From contig JASHRJ010000099.1 in assembly GCA_030037395.1 (NCBI GenBank), positions 1 to 58,679 of the forward strand: DNA of 58,679 nucleotides, given 5' to 3'. Of this stretch, positions 42,407 to 51,824 are shown one piece after another. How positions within the stretch are numbered: the first letter of the stretch is position 1; each line of letters begins with the position of its first letter. A program made the translations under genes and the position numbers. Under the pieces are notes generated by a model. That model saw only the letters and a program-made list of their open reading frames with translations. It did no database searches and was not told the DNA's origin. The DNA comes from Thermoplasmata archaeon (GTDB lineage Archaea > Thermoplasmatota > Thermoplasmata > Lutacidiplasmatales > UBA184).

Positions 42407-44192
42407 CCCGCACCACCCACGTCTCCGCCCAGAGGTCCCCGAGCCGCTGGCGCTCGGCCGTGAGCAGCATCACGAGCACGCCGATGATCCCGGCGATGCC
42501 GACCCCCACGACGATCGCCACGGCGAGGCCGAGCAGGGCGAGGGTGCCGGTGCCGAGGCCCAGGAGGGACGCGCCGGCGATCGCGGAGCCCCGGAGGCCG
42601 GCCGCCACCAGGAGGGCGAGCCCGATCCCGAGCAGCGTCATCGCCGGGAGGAGCGGGGCGTTCCGCAGCATGGAGGCGACCCCGTCGATCGGGCCGAGGT
42701 CGCGGGTGCGCACGCGGAGCCCCAGCAGGTACTTGCCGACGGTGGCTCCTCGCCAGAGCTCGAGCAACGCGAAGTAGAGCAGGGCCGCGGCGACGAAGGC
42801 ATAGATCGCGGTGTTCAGCGCCAAGCCCCCGAGCACCGTGGCAAGGTCGCCCGGGGTCCGGGCCACCGCCAGGGCGAACAGCGCCGCCCCGGCGCCCCCG
42901 AGGATCGCGAGATCGATGCCGAACGCCGCCAGCCGTTCGGCGACGCTCGCGAAGCGGCGCCGCCCCAGCTCCCGGCCGACCGCGACGAGCGAGCGGGCGG
43001 TCAGCCACGCGCGGAACGCCTCCCGCGGGTCGGCGGTCCCCGACCGGCCCACGCTCTCGAGGTTCGCGAGGTCGCTGACCACCCAGCCCGGGACCGGTAG
43101 CCCCTCCCACGGCCGGAGGTCGGGGGCCCGAGGCCGACCGAGCAGCCGCTGCGCTTGCTGCGCCGCTTCCCGGGCGGCGCTCGCCGACGCGGCCAGGGAC
43201 GCTCCGAGCGAGCCGTCCACGCCGTGGCCGTACGCCTCCCGGAGCCTCCGGATCGGGTCGGGGATGCCGTCGGTCGTCCGGCGCCCGACCGGCGCGAGGC
43301 TCCGGCCCGCCAGGCGGTGGGTAGCGAACGCCCCCAGAAACCCGAGGAAGGACGACAGGTAGACCAGGTCCAGGACACCGGCCCCGCCGATCACGTACAG
43401 CCCGGGGGCTCCCGTGCCATACAAGGGGGGTTGGCGGAGGACGTCCGCGCCGAGGACCACGCCCCAGCCGGCCGCGAGGAACGAGACCGGGATCGCGAAC
43501 GCTTCCGCGCCCGGAAACATCCGCGGCGCCGCGGCGACCGCCACGATCCCCACGAGCAGCGGCGGGACCAGGAAGTACGGGAACGTCTCGACGATCCCGA
43601 CCCCCGGGATCGCCTGCGAACCGGCGAACGTCAGAACCGCCACGCCGCCGATCATCGCGAACGCCGCGGCGACGGCCCGTCGGGCCGGGTCCCCCGAGGC
43701 CTCGGCCCCCGCGAAGACTCCCGCGGTGATCGCGCCCGCAACGAGCGTGACGAGGAGGATCTCGGCCGCGTTGGGGCTGACGCGCAGGGCTGCGGCGAGG
43801 CTGTCGAGGGCACCCGCTCCGGCCAGGAGCACGACGCCGAGGAGGACCAGGAACTCGACGGTTAGCAGCACCAGCAGGGTGCCGGCCGAGCCGCGCAGCG
43901 GGGGGGCATACCGCTCCAGCGTCAGCAGACCCACCGCGAGCGGGAACACCGCGCCGGCGAAGCTGACGGCCATGACATCGTTCGAGATCGGGGCGATCGG
44001 GAGGAAGGCGAACGACGCGAGGAGCGAGCCGGGCAGCAGGAGCCAGAATTCGCGGCGACCCAGGCCGAGGCTCGCGGAGAACGCCGGGCGCTGCCAGGCT
44101 AGGAAGAACAGCACCGCCCAAGCGATGCCCGGCAGGGCGAGCGACACGGCGATCGCGAAGATGTCGGAGGCGACCGCCGGGGGCGCGACCAT
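42345..44192 (-). CDS. Polytopic membrane protein: N-terminal DUF1614-like region fused to a C-terminal RDD domain
   Basis: 615 aa with more than 12 predicted TM helices by eye. The motif VLRQPPLYGTGAPGLYVIGGAGVLD recalls DUF1614 (from memory). The C-terminal region (AFGIDLAILG...ELWRGATVGKYLLGLRVRTRD) is RDD-like. The 3' end overlaps albA by 62 nt (convergent). Confidence 0.75.
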   Translation of the reverse strand: MVAPPAVASDIFAIAVSLALPGIAWAVLFFLAWQRPAFSASLGLGRREFWLLLPGSLLASFAFLPIAPISNDVMAVSFAGAVFPLAVGLLTLERYAPPLRGSAGTLLVLLTVEFLVLLGVVLLAGAGALDSLAAALRVSPNAAEILLVTLVAGAITAGVFAGAEASGDPARRAVAAAFAMIGGVAVLTFAGSQAIPGVGIVETFPYFLVPPLLVGIVAVAAAPRMFPGAEAFAIPVSFLAAGWGVVLGADVLRQPPLYGTGAPGLYVIGGAGVLDLVYLSSFLGFLGAFATHRLAGRSLAPVGRRTTDGIPDPIRRLREAYGHGVDGSLGASLAASASAAREAAQQAQRLLGRPRAPDLRPWEGLPVPGWVVSDLANLESVGRSGTADPREAFRAWLTARSLVAVGRELGRRRFASVAERLAAFGIDLAILGGAGAALFALAVARTPGDLATVLGGLALNTAIYAFVAAALLYFALLELWRGATVGKYLLGLRVRTRDLGPIDGVASMLRNAPLLPAMTLLGIGLALLVAAGLRGSAIAGASLLGLGTGTLALLGLAVAIVVGVGIAGIIGVLVMLLTAERQRLGDLWAETWVVRATPPAAPGPSRPPAAGARSA

Positions 44193-44367
44193 CGTGCTGA
44201 GGACCCCCCGGGGACTCCCCTAGCAAGGCGGTCCCCCTAATCCGTTTGGGTGGGCGCCGTCCCTCGGCCTCCGACGCAAGGGGTTGGCCCGCGGTCCCCC
44301 GAGGAGCCCCCGGCAGGCGCCTCCGCCCGCGGGCCGCCGGTCGGGGGGAGGGAGCCGCCGAGTGCCG

Positions 44368-44376
44368 AAACGTTTT
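44368..44376 (+). promoter_or_regulatory. TATA-like box upstream of aspA
   Basis: AAACGTTTT, centred about 30 nt upstream of the ATG at 44402. Confidence 0.3.
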
Positions 44377-44401
44377 CTCGCGGACCCCTCTCCGCTCGCC
44401 C

Positions 44402-45802
44402 ATGGCGAACACCCGGACCGAGACCGATTCGCTCGGTCCGCGCGAGGTCCCCGCTTCCGCCCTCTGGGGCATCCAGTCGCTGCGGGCCCGCGAGAATTTT
44501 CCGGTAAGCGGCCTGACGACCTCCCGGCACCTCCGACGCGCCTACGCCCTCCTCAAACTCGCCTGCGTCCGGACGAACGTGGAGAAGGGCGGCCTCGACG
44601 CGGAACGCGGGAGGGCCCTGGAGCAAGCCGCCCGCGAGATGGCGGAGGGTCGGTTCGACGACCAGTTCGTCGTGGACGTCTTCCAGGCGGGGGCAGGGAC
44701 CTCGCTGAACATGAACGTCAACGAGGTGCTCACGAACCGGGCGCTCGAGCTCCTCGGCAAGCCTCGCGGCGACTATGCTACCCTCGGCCCGAACGACCAC
44801 GTCAACCGGGGCCAGTCGACCAACGACACCTTTCCGTCCGCGGCCCAGGTCGCCGCGCTCCTCGCGCTCGCGGAGGTCCGTGCCGCCGCCGGGCTCCTCG
44901 CCCGAAGCCTTCGGGCGAAAGGGGTCGAGTTCGCCGAGCTGGCGAAGGCCGGCCGCACCCACCTCAAGGACGCGATGCCCGTGTCCCTCGGCGCGGAGCT
45001 GCAGGCCTACGCCTCCGCGATCGAGCACGTCCTCGAGGCGCTACCGGCGGTGGAGAAGGCTCTGGCCGAGATCCCGCTCGGCGGAAGCGCGGTCGGCACC
45101 GGGGTGAACTCGGTCCCCGGGTTCCGGATCGGCGCGGTCGCGGAGTACGCACGGTTGACCGGCCTCCCGCTCGCGGTCGCCCGGGACCCGTTCGAGACGA
45201 TGCAGAGCCGCTGGCCGCTCGGCTTCGCCTCCGCCTGGCTCCGGACGCTCGCGCTCGAGCTGGTCCGGATCGCCAACGACCTGAGGCTGCTCTCGAGCGG
45301 CCCGGCGACCGGGCTTGACGAGCTGCGGGTCCCCGAGATCCAGCCGGGGTCGTCGATCATGCCGGCGAAGGTCAACCCGTCGGCCGCCGAGTGCCTGACG
45401 ATGGTCGCCTTCCACGTACTGGGGGCGGACGTCGCCGCGTCGTACGCGGTCCAGGCCGGCCAGCTCGAGATCAACGTCATGATGCCGCTCGCCGCGTTCG
45501 AGGTTCTCTTCTCGGCAGAGATCCTCGCCAACTACGTGCCGGTGTTCTCCCGGAGCTGCGTGGACGGACTGACCGCCCGCCCCGAGCGGCTGGAGCAGTA
45601 CCTTCTCGGCTCCGCCGCGCTCGCCACCGTCCTGACACCGCGGCTCGGATACCTCGGGGTTGCCGAGGTCCTGCACGAGGCCGAGCGGACGGGCCGGCCG
45701 GTGCGCGAGGTCCTGATCGCCCGCCGGCTCGTCACCGCGGAGGAAGCGGACGCGCTGCTCGGACCGGAAGCGCTCCGGCGCCTCACCCGGCCCGTCCCCT
45801 GA
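44402..45802 (+). CDS. aspA: Aspartate ammonia-lyase (class II fumarase/aspartase family)
   Basis: 466 aa from the ATG at 44402. The signature GSSIMPAKVNP (Ala, not Gly), together with QAGAGTS, GQSTND and QAGQLEINVM, fits aspartase better than FumC. Confidence 0.85.
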   Translation: MANTRTETDSLGPREVPASALWGIQSLRARENFPVSGLTTSRHLRRAYALLKLACVRTNVEKGGLDAERGRALEQAAREMAEGRFDDQFVVDVFQAGAGTSLNMNVNEVLTNRALELLGKPRGDYATLGPNDHVNRGQSTNDTFPSAAQVAALLALAEVRAAAGLLARSLRAKGVEFAELAKAGRTHLKDAMPVSLGAELQAYASAIEHVLEALPAVEKALAEIPLGGSAVGTGVNSVPGFRIGAVAEYARLTGLPLAVARDPFETMQSRWPLGFASAWLRTLALELVRIANDLRLLSSGPATGLDELRVPEIQPGSSIMPAKVNPSAAECLTMVAFHVLGADVAASYAVQAGQLEINVMMPLAAFEVLFSAEILANYVPVFSRSCVDGLTARPERLEQYLLGSAALATVLTPRLGYLGVAEVLHEAERTGRPVREVLIARRLVTAEEADALLGPEALRRLTRPVP

Positions 45803-45858
45803 TCGGCCGGGCGGGGGACTAGATTAAGGGCCCCCGGCGCGGTGGACCGGCCCACCCG

Positions 45859-46614
45859 ATGAGCTCCGTCGAGGAGACCGCGGTGGCCCTCGGGAACCCG
45901 ACCAGCGAGGAGTTCCGCCGTGCGGTCGGCGTCCTCGGCAAGGTGGGCCTCACCCAGTACGAGGCCCGGGCGTACATCGCCCTGGTGGCGCGCGGCGTCG
46001 GGGACGCCGCCGGCCTCGCGGCGGCGGCCGGCATCCCCCGGACGAGCGCCTACAAGGTCCTCGAGTCGCTCGCCGCGAAGGGGTATGCGCAGCCGACGGG
46101 CGGCAAGCCGATCCTCTTCCGCCCCACGCCGCCGTTGGACGTGGCGGAGACGCTGAAGGGAGCGATCCAGGAGGTGTTCGAACAGCTTGCGCAGCTCCAC
46201 CGGGTCGTCGCGGAGCACGGCGAACCCCAGCTCGTCTACCTGCTCTCGGACCGGGAGAAGGTGATCGCGAAGATCGGGGAGCTGCTGGACCAGTCGAGCC
46301 GGACGTTCATCCTCACCACGCCCTTGGTCGCCGACCTCCGGGACGGCCTAGGCAAGAAGATCCAGAGCGCGGTCAAGCGCGGGGTGCACGTGACGTTCGT
46401 CACGGCCCCGCTGCAGCGGCTGCCGGAGGGGGTCGAGCACGTGCCGCGCGAGAACCTCTTGGCGACCGAGGTGCTGGCCGACGGCGAGCACGCCCTTCTC
46501 GCGGCGCCGGGCCTGGACGCGTGCGGATTCACCGACAATCCGATCCTCATCGCCCACCTCAAGCAGTTCCTCGACGTCGTCCTCGAGAAGGGGGCGCCGA
46601 CACCGCCCCCGTAG
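45859..46614 (+). CDS. TrmB-family transcriptional regulator
   Basis: 251 aa. The N-terminal wHTH is LGKVGLTQYEARAYIALVARGVGDAAGLAAAAGIPRTSAYKVLESLAAKGY, and a TrmB-like effector domain follows. Confidence 0.85.
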   Translation: MSSVEETAVALGNPTSEEFRRAVGVLGKVGLTQYEARAYIALVARGVGDAAGLAAAAGIPRTSAYKVLESLAAKGYAQPTGGKPILFRPTPPLDVAETLKGAIQEVFEQLAQLHRVVAEHGEPQLVYLLSDREKVIAKIGELLDQSSRTFILTTPLVADLRDGLGKKIQSAVKRGVHVTFVTAPLQRLPEGVEHVPRENLLATEVLADGEHALLAAPGLDACGFTDNPILIAHLKQFLDVVLEKGAPTPPP

Positions 46615-46625
46615 CCCCGGGACCG

Positions 46626-47477
46626 ATGACCGGCCGCCCTCCCTCGCCTGCGGAGAGGGTCCGTGCGCGCCTCCGGGCGGCGGCCGGTGCGCAGGTCGCC
46701 GGCGCCATGCCCCGGGGGTACCAGCGGATCGGTACCGTGCTCCTCCTTCGCCTGCCTCCGAAGCTCGCCCCGTACCGCCGCCTGCTGGGCGAAGCCTGGC
46801 AGGAGGAGCTCGGGGTGGAGACGGTCCTAGCCCGGACCGGCCCGATCGACGGAGAGCTCCGGCACCCGCGGGTCGAGCGGCTCGCAGGGGACACCACGGT
46901 GACCGAGGTCGTCGAACACGGGGTCCGGTGGCGGCTGGACGCCGCGCGGGTCATGTTCGCGGCCGGCAACCGGACCGAGCGCCACCGGGTCGCGGGGCTC
47001 GTCCGCCCCGGGGAGCGGATCGCCGACCTGTTCGCCGGGATCGGCTACTTCGCAATCCCGGCCGCCCTCGCGCTCGCCCGCGTTTCGGCGGTCGAGAAGA
47101 ACCCGATCGCCTACCGCTATCTTGTCGAGAACGCAGCGCGGAACGGCGTCCAGGAGCGGCTGGAGCCGCACCTCGGGGACAACCGCGACGTGCCGCTCCC
47201 CCGCGGGGCGTACGATCGAGTGTTCCTCGGCTATCTTCCGAGCGCGGTCCCGTGGATCGGGCGGGCCCTCGAGCTCGCCGCTCCCGAAGGGGCCACGCTC
47301 CATGTCCACCTCGTGGTCGACGCCCGGGGTGCCCTGCCCCGAGCCCGCGAAGAGGTCGCCGCCGAGGTCGCGCGACGCGGGGCCCAGAGCGCCGGACCTG
47401 CGCGCGCCCGCGCGGTGAAGCCGTACGGGCCCGGGCGTACCCACGTAGTGGTCGACGCGCCGGTCCGCACCGGTTAG
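46626..47477 (+). CDS. Met-10+/Trm5-Taw2 family tRNA modification enzyme (SAM-dependent)
   Basis: 283 aa from the ATG at 46626. Contains VMFAAGN, SAM motif DLFAGIGYFAIPAA, EKNPIAYRYLVENAARN and GDNRD. The size fits Taw2 or a short Trm5. Confidence 0.85.
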   Translation: MTGRPPSPAERVRARLRAAAGAQVAGAMPRGYQRIGTVLLLRLPPKLAPYRRLLGEAWQEELGVETVLARTGPIDGELRHPRVERLAGDTTVTEVVEHGVRWRLDAARVMFAAGNRTERHRVAGLVRPGERIADLFAGIGYFAIPAALALARVSAVEKNPIAYRYLVENAARNGVQERLEPHLGDNRDVPLPRGAYDRVFLGYLPSAVPWIGRALELAAPEGATLHVHLVVDARGALPRAREEVAAEVARRGAQSAGPARARAVKPYGPGRTHVVVDAPVRTG

Positions 47478-48592
47478 CGGGCCGCCACCGACCGGGCCGA
47501 GAGGGTCCGCATCACCTCGGGGAACGCCCGGGCGAACCGCTCGATGTCGGACGGCGGATTCGAGAACGAGACCCGAACGAACCGGCCCCCGTGCGCCGGA
47601 GAGAGGTAGTTGCCCGCGCGGACGAACACGAGGTGGCGCCGCAGGAGTTCCTCCTGCACCGCTTCCGGCCGCAGGCCGGTCTCGGCGAGGTCGATCACCG
47701 TCATGTTCGCGCGGGACGGGCTCACCGGTACCGAGGTCCCGGGAACCTCCCGAGCGACCTCGTGGATCCGGCGCCCGTTCGCTCGCGTCCGGCCCACGAC
47801 CTCGCCGATCCACGTGCGCTTGCTCCTCAGCGCCGCGCGGGCCGCCATCTGGGCGAGGATGTTCACCCCGAGGTCGTTCGTGTTGAACCGCGCGATGCGA
47901 CCCGTGAGCTCCGGCGAGGCCGAGAACCCACCGATCCTCAGACCGGCAAGGCCGCAGTTCTTGGAGACCGACCAGACGGTGATCGTCTCCTCCGGCGCGA
48001 ACTCGGCCGCCAGCGCGTGGCCCTCGGAGAAGTCCCGGTACGTCACGTCGTTGAGCAGGAGAAGGTGCCGGTCGTGGGCGATCTCCGCGATCGCGCGGAC
48101 CTCCTCGCGGGGGTAGCCGGAGCCGAGGGGGTTGAGCGGGTCGATCAGGAGGATCATCCGCGTGCGCGGCCCGATCGCCGCCTGCACCGCGTCCGCGGTG
48201 AGGCGGAAGGGGGAGCGGTAGATGTCCAGGCAGTTCGGCCGGGCCCCCGAGAGCTCGACGAACCGGTGGATGATGAGGTAGCTCGGATCGGAGGCGACGA
48301 CCTCGTCGCCCGGCCCGAGGGTCGCGCGCGCGACCATGTAGAGGGCCTCCGTCCCACCGGACGTAAGGAACGGCTTTGCCCCGGGCAGCCCCAGATCGGA
48401 CCGGACGAGCTCGAGAAGCTCCGGGTCTCCGGACGCGAGCGGATACCCCTCGTACCGGCGTTCGGCGATCGCCTCGTCGAGGGCGGCCCGCACGACCTCG
48501 GGAGGGACCAGATGGTTGGTGTTCTGGGAGAGCCAGGCGACCTCCCGCCGGTGCTCGTGCGCAAAACGGAACGCGTCGAACGGAGCGCTCAC
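47474..48592 (-). CDS. Class I/II PLP-dependent aminotransferase
   Basis: 372 aa. Contains the PLP-lysine motif SVSKNCGLAGLRIGG, and NPLNPLG upstream of it. Confidence 0.9.
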   Translation of the reverse strand: MSAPFDAFRFAHEHRREVAWLSQNTNHLVPPEVVRAALDEAIAERRYEGYPLASGDPELLELVRSDLGLPGAKPFLTSGGTEALYMVARATLGPGDEVVASDPSYLIIHRFVELSGARPNCLDIYRSPFRLTADAVQAAIGPRTRMILLIDPLNPLGSGYPREEVRAIAEIAHDRHLLLLNDVTYRDFSEGHALAAEFAPEETITVWSVSKNCGLAGLRIGGFSASPELTGRIARFNTNDLGVNILAQMAARAALRSKRTWIGEVVGRTRANGRRIHEVAREVPGTSVPVSPSRANMTVIDLAETGLRPEAVQEELLRRHLVFVRAGNYLSPAHGGRFVRVSFSNPPSDIERFARAFPEVMRTLSARSVAAR

Positions 48593-48616
48593 GCGGTCCG
48601 AGGGGGCCCGGCTCGC

Positions 48617-49387
48617 TTAACCCCTTTGGCCGCGCGCCGGCGCCTCCGCGAGGTAGGCCGTGACGATGCCCATGGAGATCGGTCGCGCCACCGCCCGAAC
48701 GAACCCGGCCGCGTCGAGGATCGTCACCACCTCGCGAACCGACGGGAACCGTCGCAGCGACTCCGGCAGGTACCGATACGGCCCCTCCCGACCGAACGCA
48801 CGCCCGATCATCGGGACCACGCGGTCGAAGTGGGCGTGGAACAGCCGACGGACCGTCGGGGACGCCGGCTCGGACACCTCGAGGGTGAGGAGCGAGCCGC
48901 CGGGCCGGAGCACCCGGCAGAGCTCCCGCGCCGTCCCGCGAAGGTCCGCGAAGTTCCTCGCCACGAACGCGCTCGCCACCAGGTCGAACGTCCCGTCGGC
49001 GAACGGCAAGCGGCTCGCGTTCGCGACCCCCAGCGCTCGCGGGGTTCTGCGTCTGCGGCCGGCGGCGGCGACCATCGCACGGCTGAAGTCGACGGCGACC
49101 ACCTCGGCGCGGGGATAGCGGTCGGCGAGCCGCCGTGCCAGTCCGCCGGTCCCGCAGCCCACGTCCAGGGCGCGCCGGACCGGGAGGTGCCGGTACCGGT
49201 CGAGCTCCCAGAGCGCCCGGGGGCGCCAAACCAGGTCGAGCCCGAACGTGGCCAGATGGTTGAACGCGTCGTAGCGGTCCGCGATGGAGGCGAACATCGC
49301 GCGGACCTCCCGCTCGAACGTCGGGCGGGCGCGGTCCGGATACGGGGAGCCGTCCCGCGCGACCGGGCCGTCGCGGTCGGGGGCCAC
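48617..49387 (-). CDS. ubiE: UbiE/MenG-family (demethyl)menaquinone/ubiquinone C-methyltransferase
   Basis: 256 aa. Contains the family N-terminal motif MFASIADRYDAFNHLATFGLDLVWR, the SAM motif LDVGCGTGGLA, and YRYLPESLRRFP. Confidence 0.88.
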   Translation of the reverse strand: MAPDRDGPVARDGSPYPDRARPTFEREVRAMFASIADRYDAFNHLATFGLDLVWRPRALWELDRYRHLPVRRALDVGCGTGGLARRLADRYPRAEVVAVDFSRAMVAAAGRRRRTPRALGVANASRLPFADGTFDLVASAFVARNFADLRGTARELCRVLRPGGSLLTLEVSEPASPTVRRLFHAHFDRVVPMIGRAFGREGPYRYLPESLRRFPSVREVVTILDAAGFVRAVARPISMGIVTAYLAEAPARGQRG

Positions 49388-49411
49388 CGACGGCCGGACC
49401 CGAGCCGCCCC

Positions 49412-51802
49412 TTAACCCGGCGGGTCCGCCCCGGCTCCGAGCGCGGCGTCCAGCTCGTGCGCGTCGTCGGCGAGGTCCCCGCGCAGGTCGTCCAGGCCGC
49501 ACGCCCGGGCCTCGGCCAGAAGCTCCCGCGCGGCCCCGGGGTCGCCCCGCTGGCGCGCGAGGCGGGCCCGGCGGAACAGCATCTCGGCGATCTCGCCCCT
49601 CAGCCCCATCCCCCGGGCGCTCTCGAGCGCTTCGCCGAACGCCCGCTCGGCGTCGTCGTACCGCCGCTCGCGCTCGGCGATCATCCCGCGGATCATCTGC
49701 GACTGTTGGAGCGCGAGCCGATCGCCCGTGGGCGTGAGCAGTCGGTCCGCCCGTTCGATCGTCTGGCGCGCGAGCTCGGTCTTGCCGAGCTCGGTATGCC
49801 ACTGGGCGAGGTTGATCAGGCAGTAGCCGATCCAGACGGGCGAGCGGGAGCGTTCCGCCGCGTCGAGCGCCCGGCCGATGTCCCGGAGGGCGTCGTCGAT
49901 GCGGCCGATCCGGTGCTCGAGGACGGCCCGGTTCATCAGGACCCGCGCCACCGCGTTCGGGTCGTCCTCGCGGGCGAACAGCTCGGCGGCCTGCTCGTAG
50001 AGCGCGAGCGTTGCTTCGACGAACTCGGCCCCGCGGGGGATGAGGGCGTTCGCGACGTCGATCAGCGCGTGGCCCCGCTCGTGCGGAGTGCCGTCGCGCT
50101 CGGCGATCGCCAGCGCGGCCCGCTGGTGCTTCTCGGCGAGATCGAGATCGGACCGTCGCCAATACAGGGTCCCGAGCACCCGGTGGGCGGCGAGCAGGTC
50201 TCGGGGGTTCCCGGCGCGCTCCAGGAGCGTCGCCGCTTCGAGGGCGAGCGGCTCGGCGGTGGCGTACTCGCTCTGCTCGATGCCGACCCACGCGAGGCCG
50301 AGGAGGGCCCGGCCGAGCGGACCTTCGAACTCGGTCTCCCGCCGCGCGAGGCCGACCGCCTCCGTCAGCGAGCGGGCGGCGCCCGTCAGGTCGCCGGTCT
50401 CGTCGGTCAGGCGTCCGATCTCCGTGAGGAGGCGGACCTCGAGCCGGGGGTCGGGGGGAGGGAGTCGCCGCCGCGCCTCGAGCGTCTGCCGAAGCAGGGT
50501 CAGCGCGACGTCGAAGGCGTACGCGGCGGCCGCCCGCTCGGCCGCGCGCGTCCCGAACTCGATCGCCTTCGGGTCGTCGCGGCCCAGGTAGTAGTGGCGG
50601 GCGAGCTCGAAGTCCGTGGTGGCCGGCTTCCCCTCCAGCGCGTGGCCGATGCGGCGGTGGAGGATGGCCCGGCGGGTCTCGGTGATGCTCGCGTACAGGC
50701 TCGCGCGGAACTCCTCGCTCACGAACTCGTAGACCTCGCGACCCCGTTCGCGAAGGATCCCGCCGCGCACCAGTCGGTCCACTGCCTCGGACAGCCGCTC
50801 CTCGGGGAGGTCCACGACCGAGCGAAGCCGCGCGAAGGCGAACTCGCGTCCGAGGACGCTGGCGTAGGTGAGCACCCGCCGGTCGACCTCGTCGAGGACG
50901 GCGGCCCGCCCGAGCAGCGCCTGGGTCAGGTCCGCCGGCGCCGTGGCCGACCGGTCCGCGTGCCGCGAGCGGCCCGCCGTCGACCGGACGAGCAGCTCGA
51001 CGAACAGCGGGTGTCCCTCCGTCTCGGCGTGCCACCGAAGGACGTCCTCCAGGGACGGCGGAGCCCCGTCGCGCAGCCAGGTGGCGAACTCCGTGACCTC
51101 GCTGGTCGTGAACGGACGGATCGGCACCACCTTGAACGCCGGGTCCCGCAGCAGCGCGGCGATCGCCGCGCGCGCCCGTTCGGGGACCCCCGGCCCCGGA
51201 TCGACGGTGGCGACGAACGCCACCCCTCGGGAAGGCCCCTCGCGCGCGAGCGCCTCCACGAAATCGAGCGAGAGCCCGTCCGCCAGGTGCAGGTCATCGA
51301 CCAGGATCGCCTCGGGCTGCCGGGCCGAGAGCCGGAGGAAGCGGTCGAGGAACCGCGCCCGAGCCGCCTCCCGCTCGGACGCCAGCCCCTCCACCGAGGT
51401 CCGGCCGAGCGGGGCTAGGAGGCGGTCGAGATCCTCCTCGGCCGCCGGGCCGGTGGTGGGCGGCGGGGTTCGACGCGCCGGGTCCGGCAGCAGGTCGGTC
51501 GGCTCGGGTTCGCTGTCGTGCTCCTCCGCGTCGGTCCAGAGGTCGCGCGCGAGGCCGAGCGGCACCGCGAGATCCCCGGGCAGACCCCGGCCCCGGATCG
51601 CCGTGAACCCCCGGCCCTCTGCCCGTGCGGCCGCATCGTCCAGGACCACGCTCTTGCCGCTCCCGCCCGCACCGGCGAGCAGCAGCGCGCGGCCTCGGGA
51701 GGATCCCACCTCGTCGAGCGCCCGCTCGACCTCCTCGATCACCTCCGAGCGACCGAACAGCGGCCGAAGGGGCCCGCGCCGGGCTCGGAACGTCCCGTCC
51801 AT
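49412..51802 (-). CDS. STAND-type P-loop NTPase (AAA_16-like) with winged-helix and long TPR array
   Basis: 796 aa. Contains Walker A LLAGAGGSGKS and Walker B ILVDDLHLAD, a wHTH-like segment (RVLTYASVLGREFAFARL...LVRGGILRE), and then about 10 TPR-like repeats. Confidence 0.85.
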   Translation of the reverse strand: MDGTFRARRGPLRPLFGRSEVIEEVERALDEVGSSRGRALLLAGAGGSGKSVVLDDAAARAEGRGFTAIRGRGLPGDLAVPLGLARDLWTDAEEHDSEPEPTDLLPDPARRTPPPTTGPAAEEDLDRLLAPLGRTSVEGLASEREAARARFLDRFLRLSARQPEAILVDDLHLADGLSLDFVEALAREGPSRGVAFVATVDPGPGVPERARAAIAALLRDPAFKVVPIRPFTTSEVTEFATWLRDGAPPSLEDVLRWHAETEGHPLFVELLVRSTAGRSRHADRSATAPADLTQALLGRAAVLDEVDRRVLTYASVLGREFAFARLRSVVDLPEERLSEAVDRLVRGGILRERGREVYEFVSEEFRASLYASITETRRAILHRRIGHALEGKPATTDFELARHYYLGRDDPKAIEFGTRAAERAAAAYAFDVALTLLRQTLEARRRLPPPDPRLEVRLLTEIGRLTDETGDLTGAARSLTEAVGLARRETEFEGPLGRALLGLAWVGIEQSEYATAEPLALEAATLLERAGNPRDLLAAHRVLGTLYWRRSDLDLAEKHQRAALAIAERDGTPHERGHALIDVANALIPRGAEFVEATLALYEQAAELFAREDDPNAVARVLMNRAVLEHRIGRIDDALRDIGRALDAAERSRSPVWIGYCLINLAQWHTELGKTELARQTIERADRLLTPTGDRLALQQSQMIRGMIAERERRYDDAERAFGEALESARGMGLRGEIAEMLFRRARLARQRGDPGAARELLAEARACGLDDLRGDLADDAHELDAALGAGADPPG

Positions 51803-51824
51803 GGTTCGTCGCTCCGCCGGGGAC

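Noticed and set aside
44402-45802. Calling this gene fumarate hydratase class II (fumC)
   Set aside because: The signature residues read GSSIMPAKVNP, QAGAGTS and QSTND, which match aspartase. FumC has GSSIMPGKVNP, QTGSGTQ and QSSND. Activity on fumarate hydration still needs an assay.
46827-51418. Two giant ORFs (1402 aa on the minus strand, 1496 aa on the plus strand) spanning about 4.5 kb
   Set aside because: Their translations are Arg/Pro/Gly/Ala-rich low-complexity strings with no recognisable motifs. They run out of frame or antisense through five genes with clear family signatures (trm5-like, aminotransferase, ubiE, STAND). These are typical stop-codon-poor shadow ORFs of a high-GC genome.
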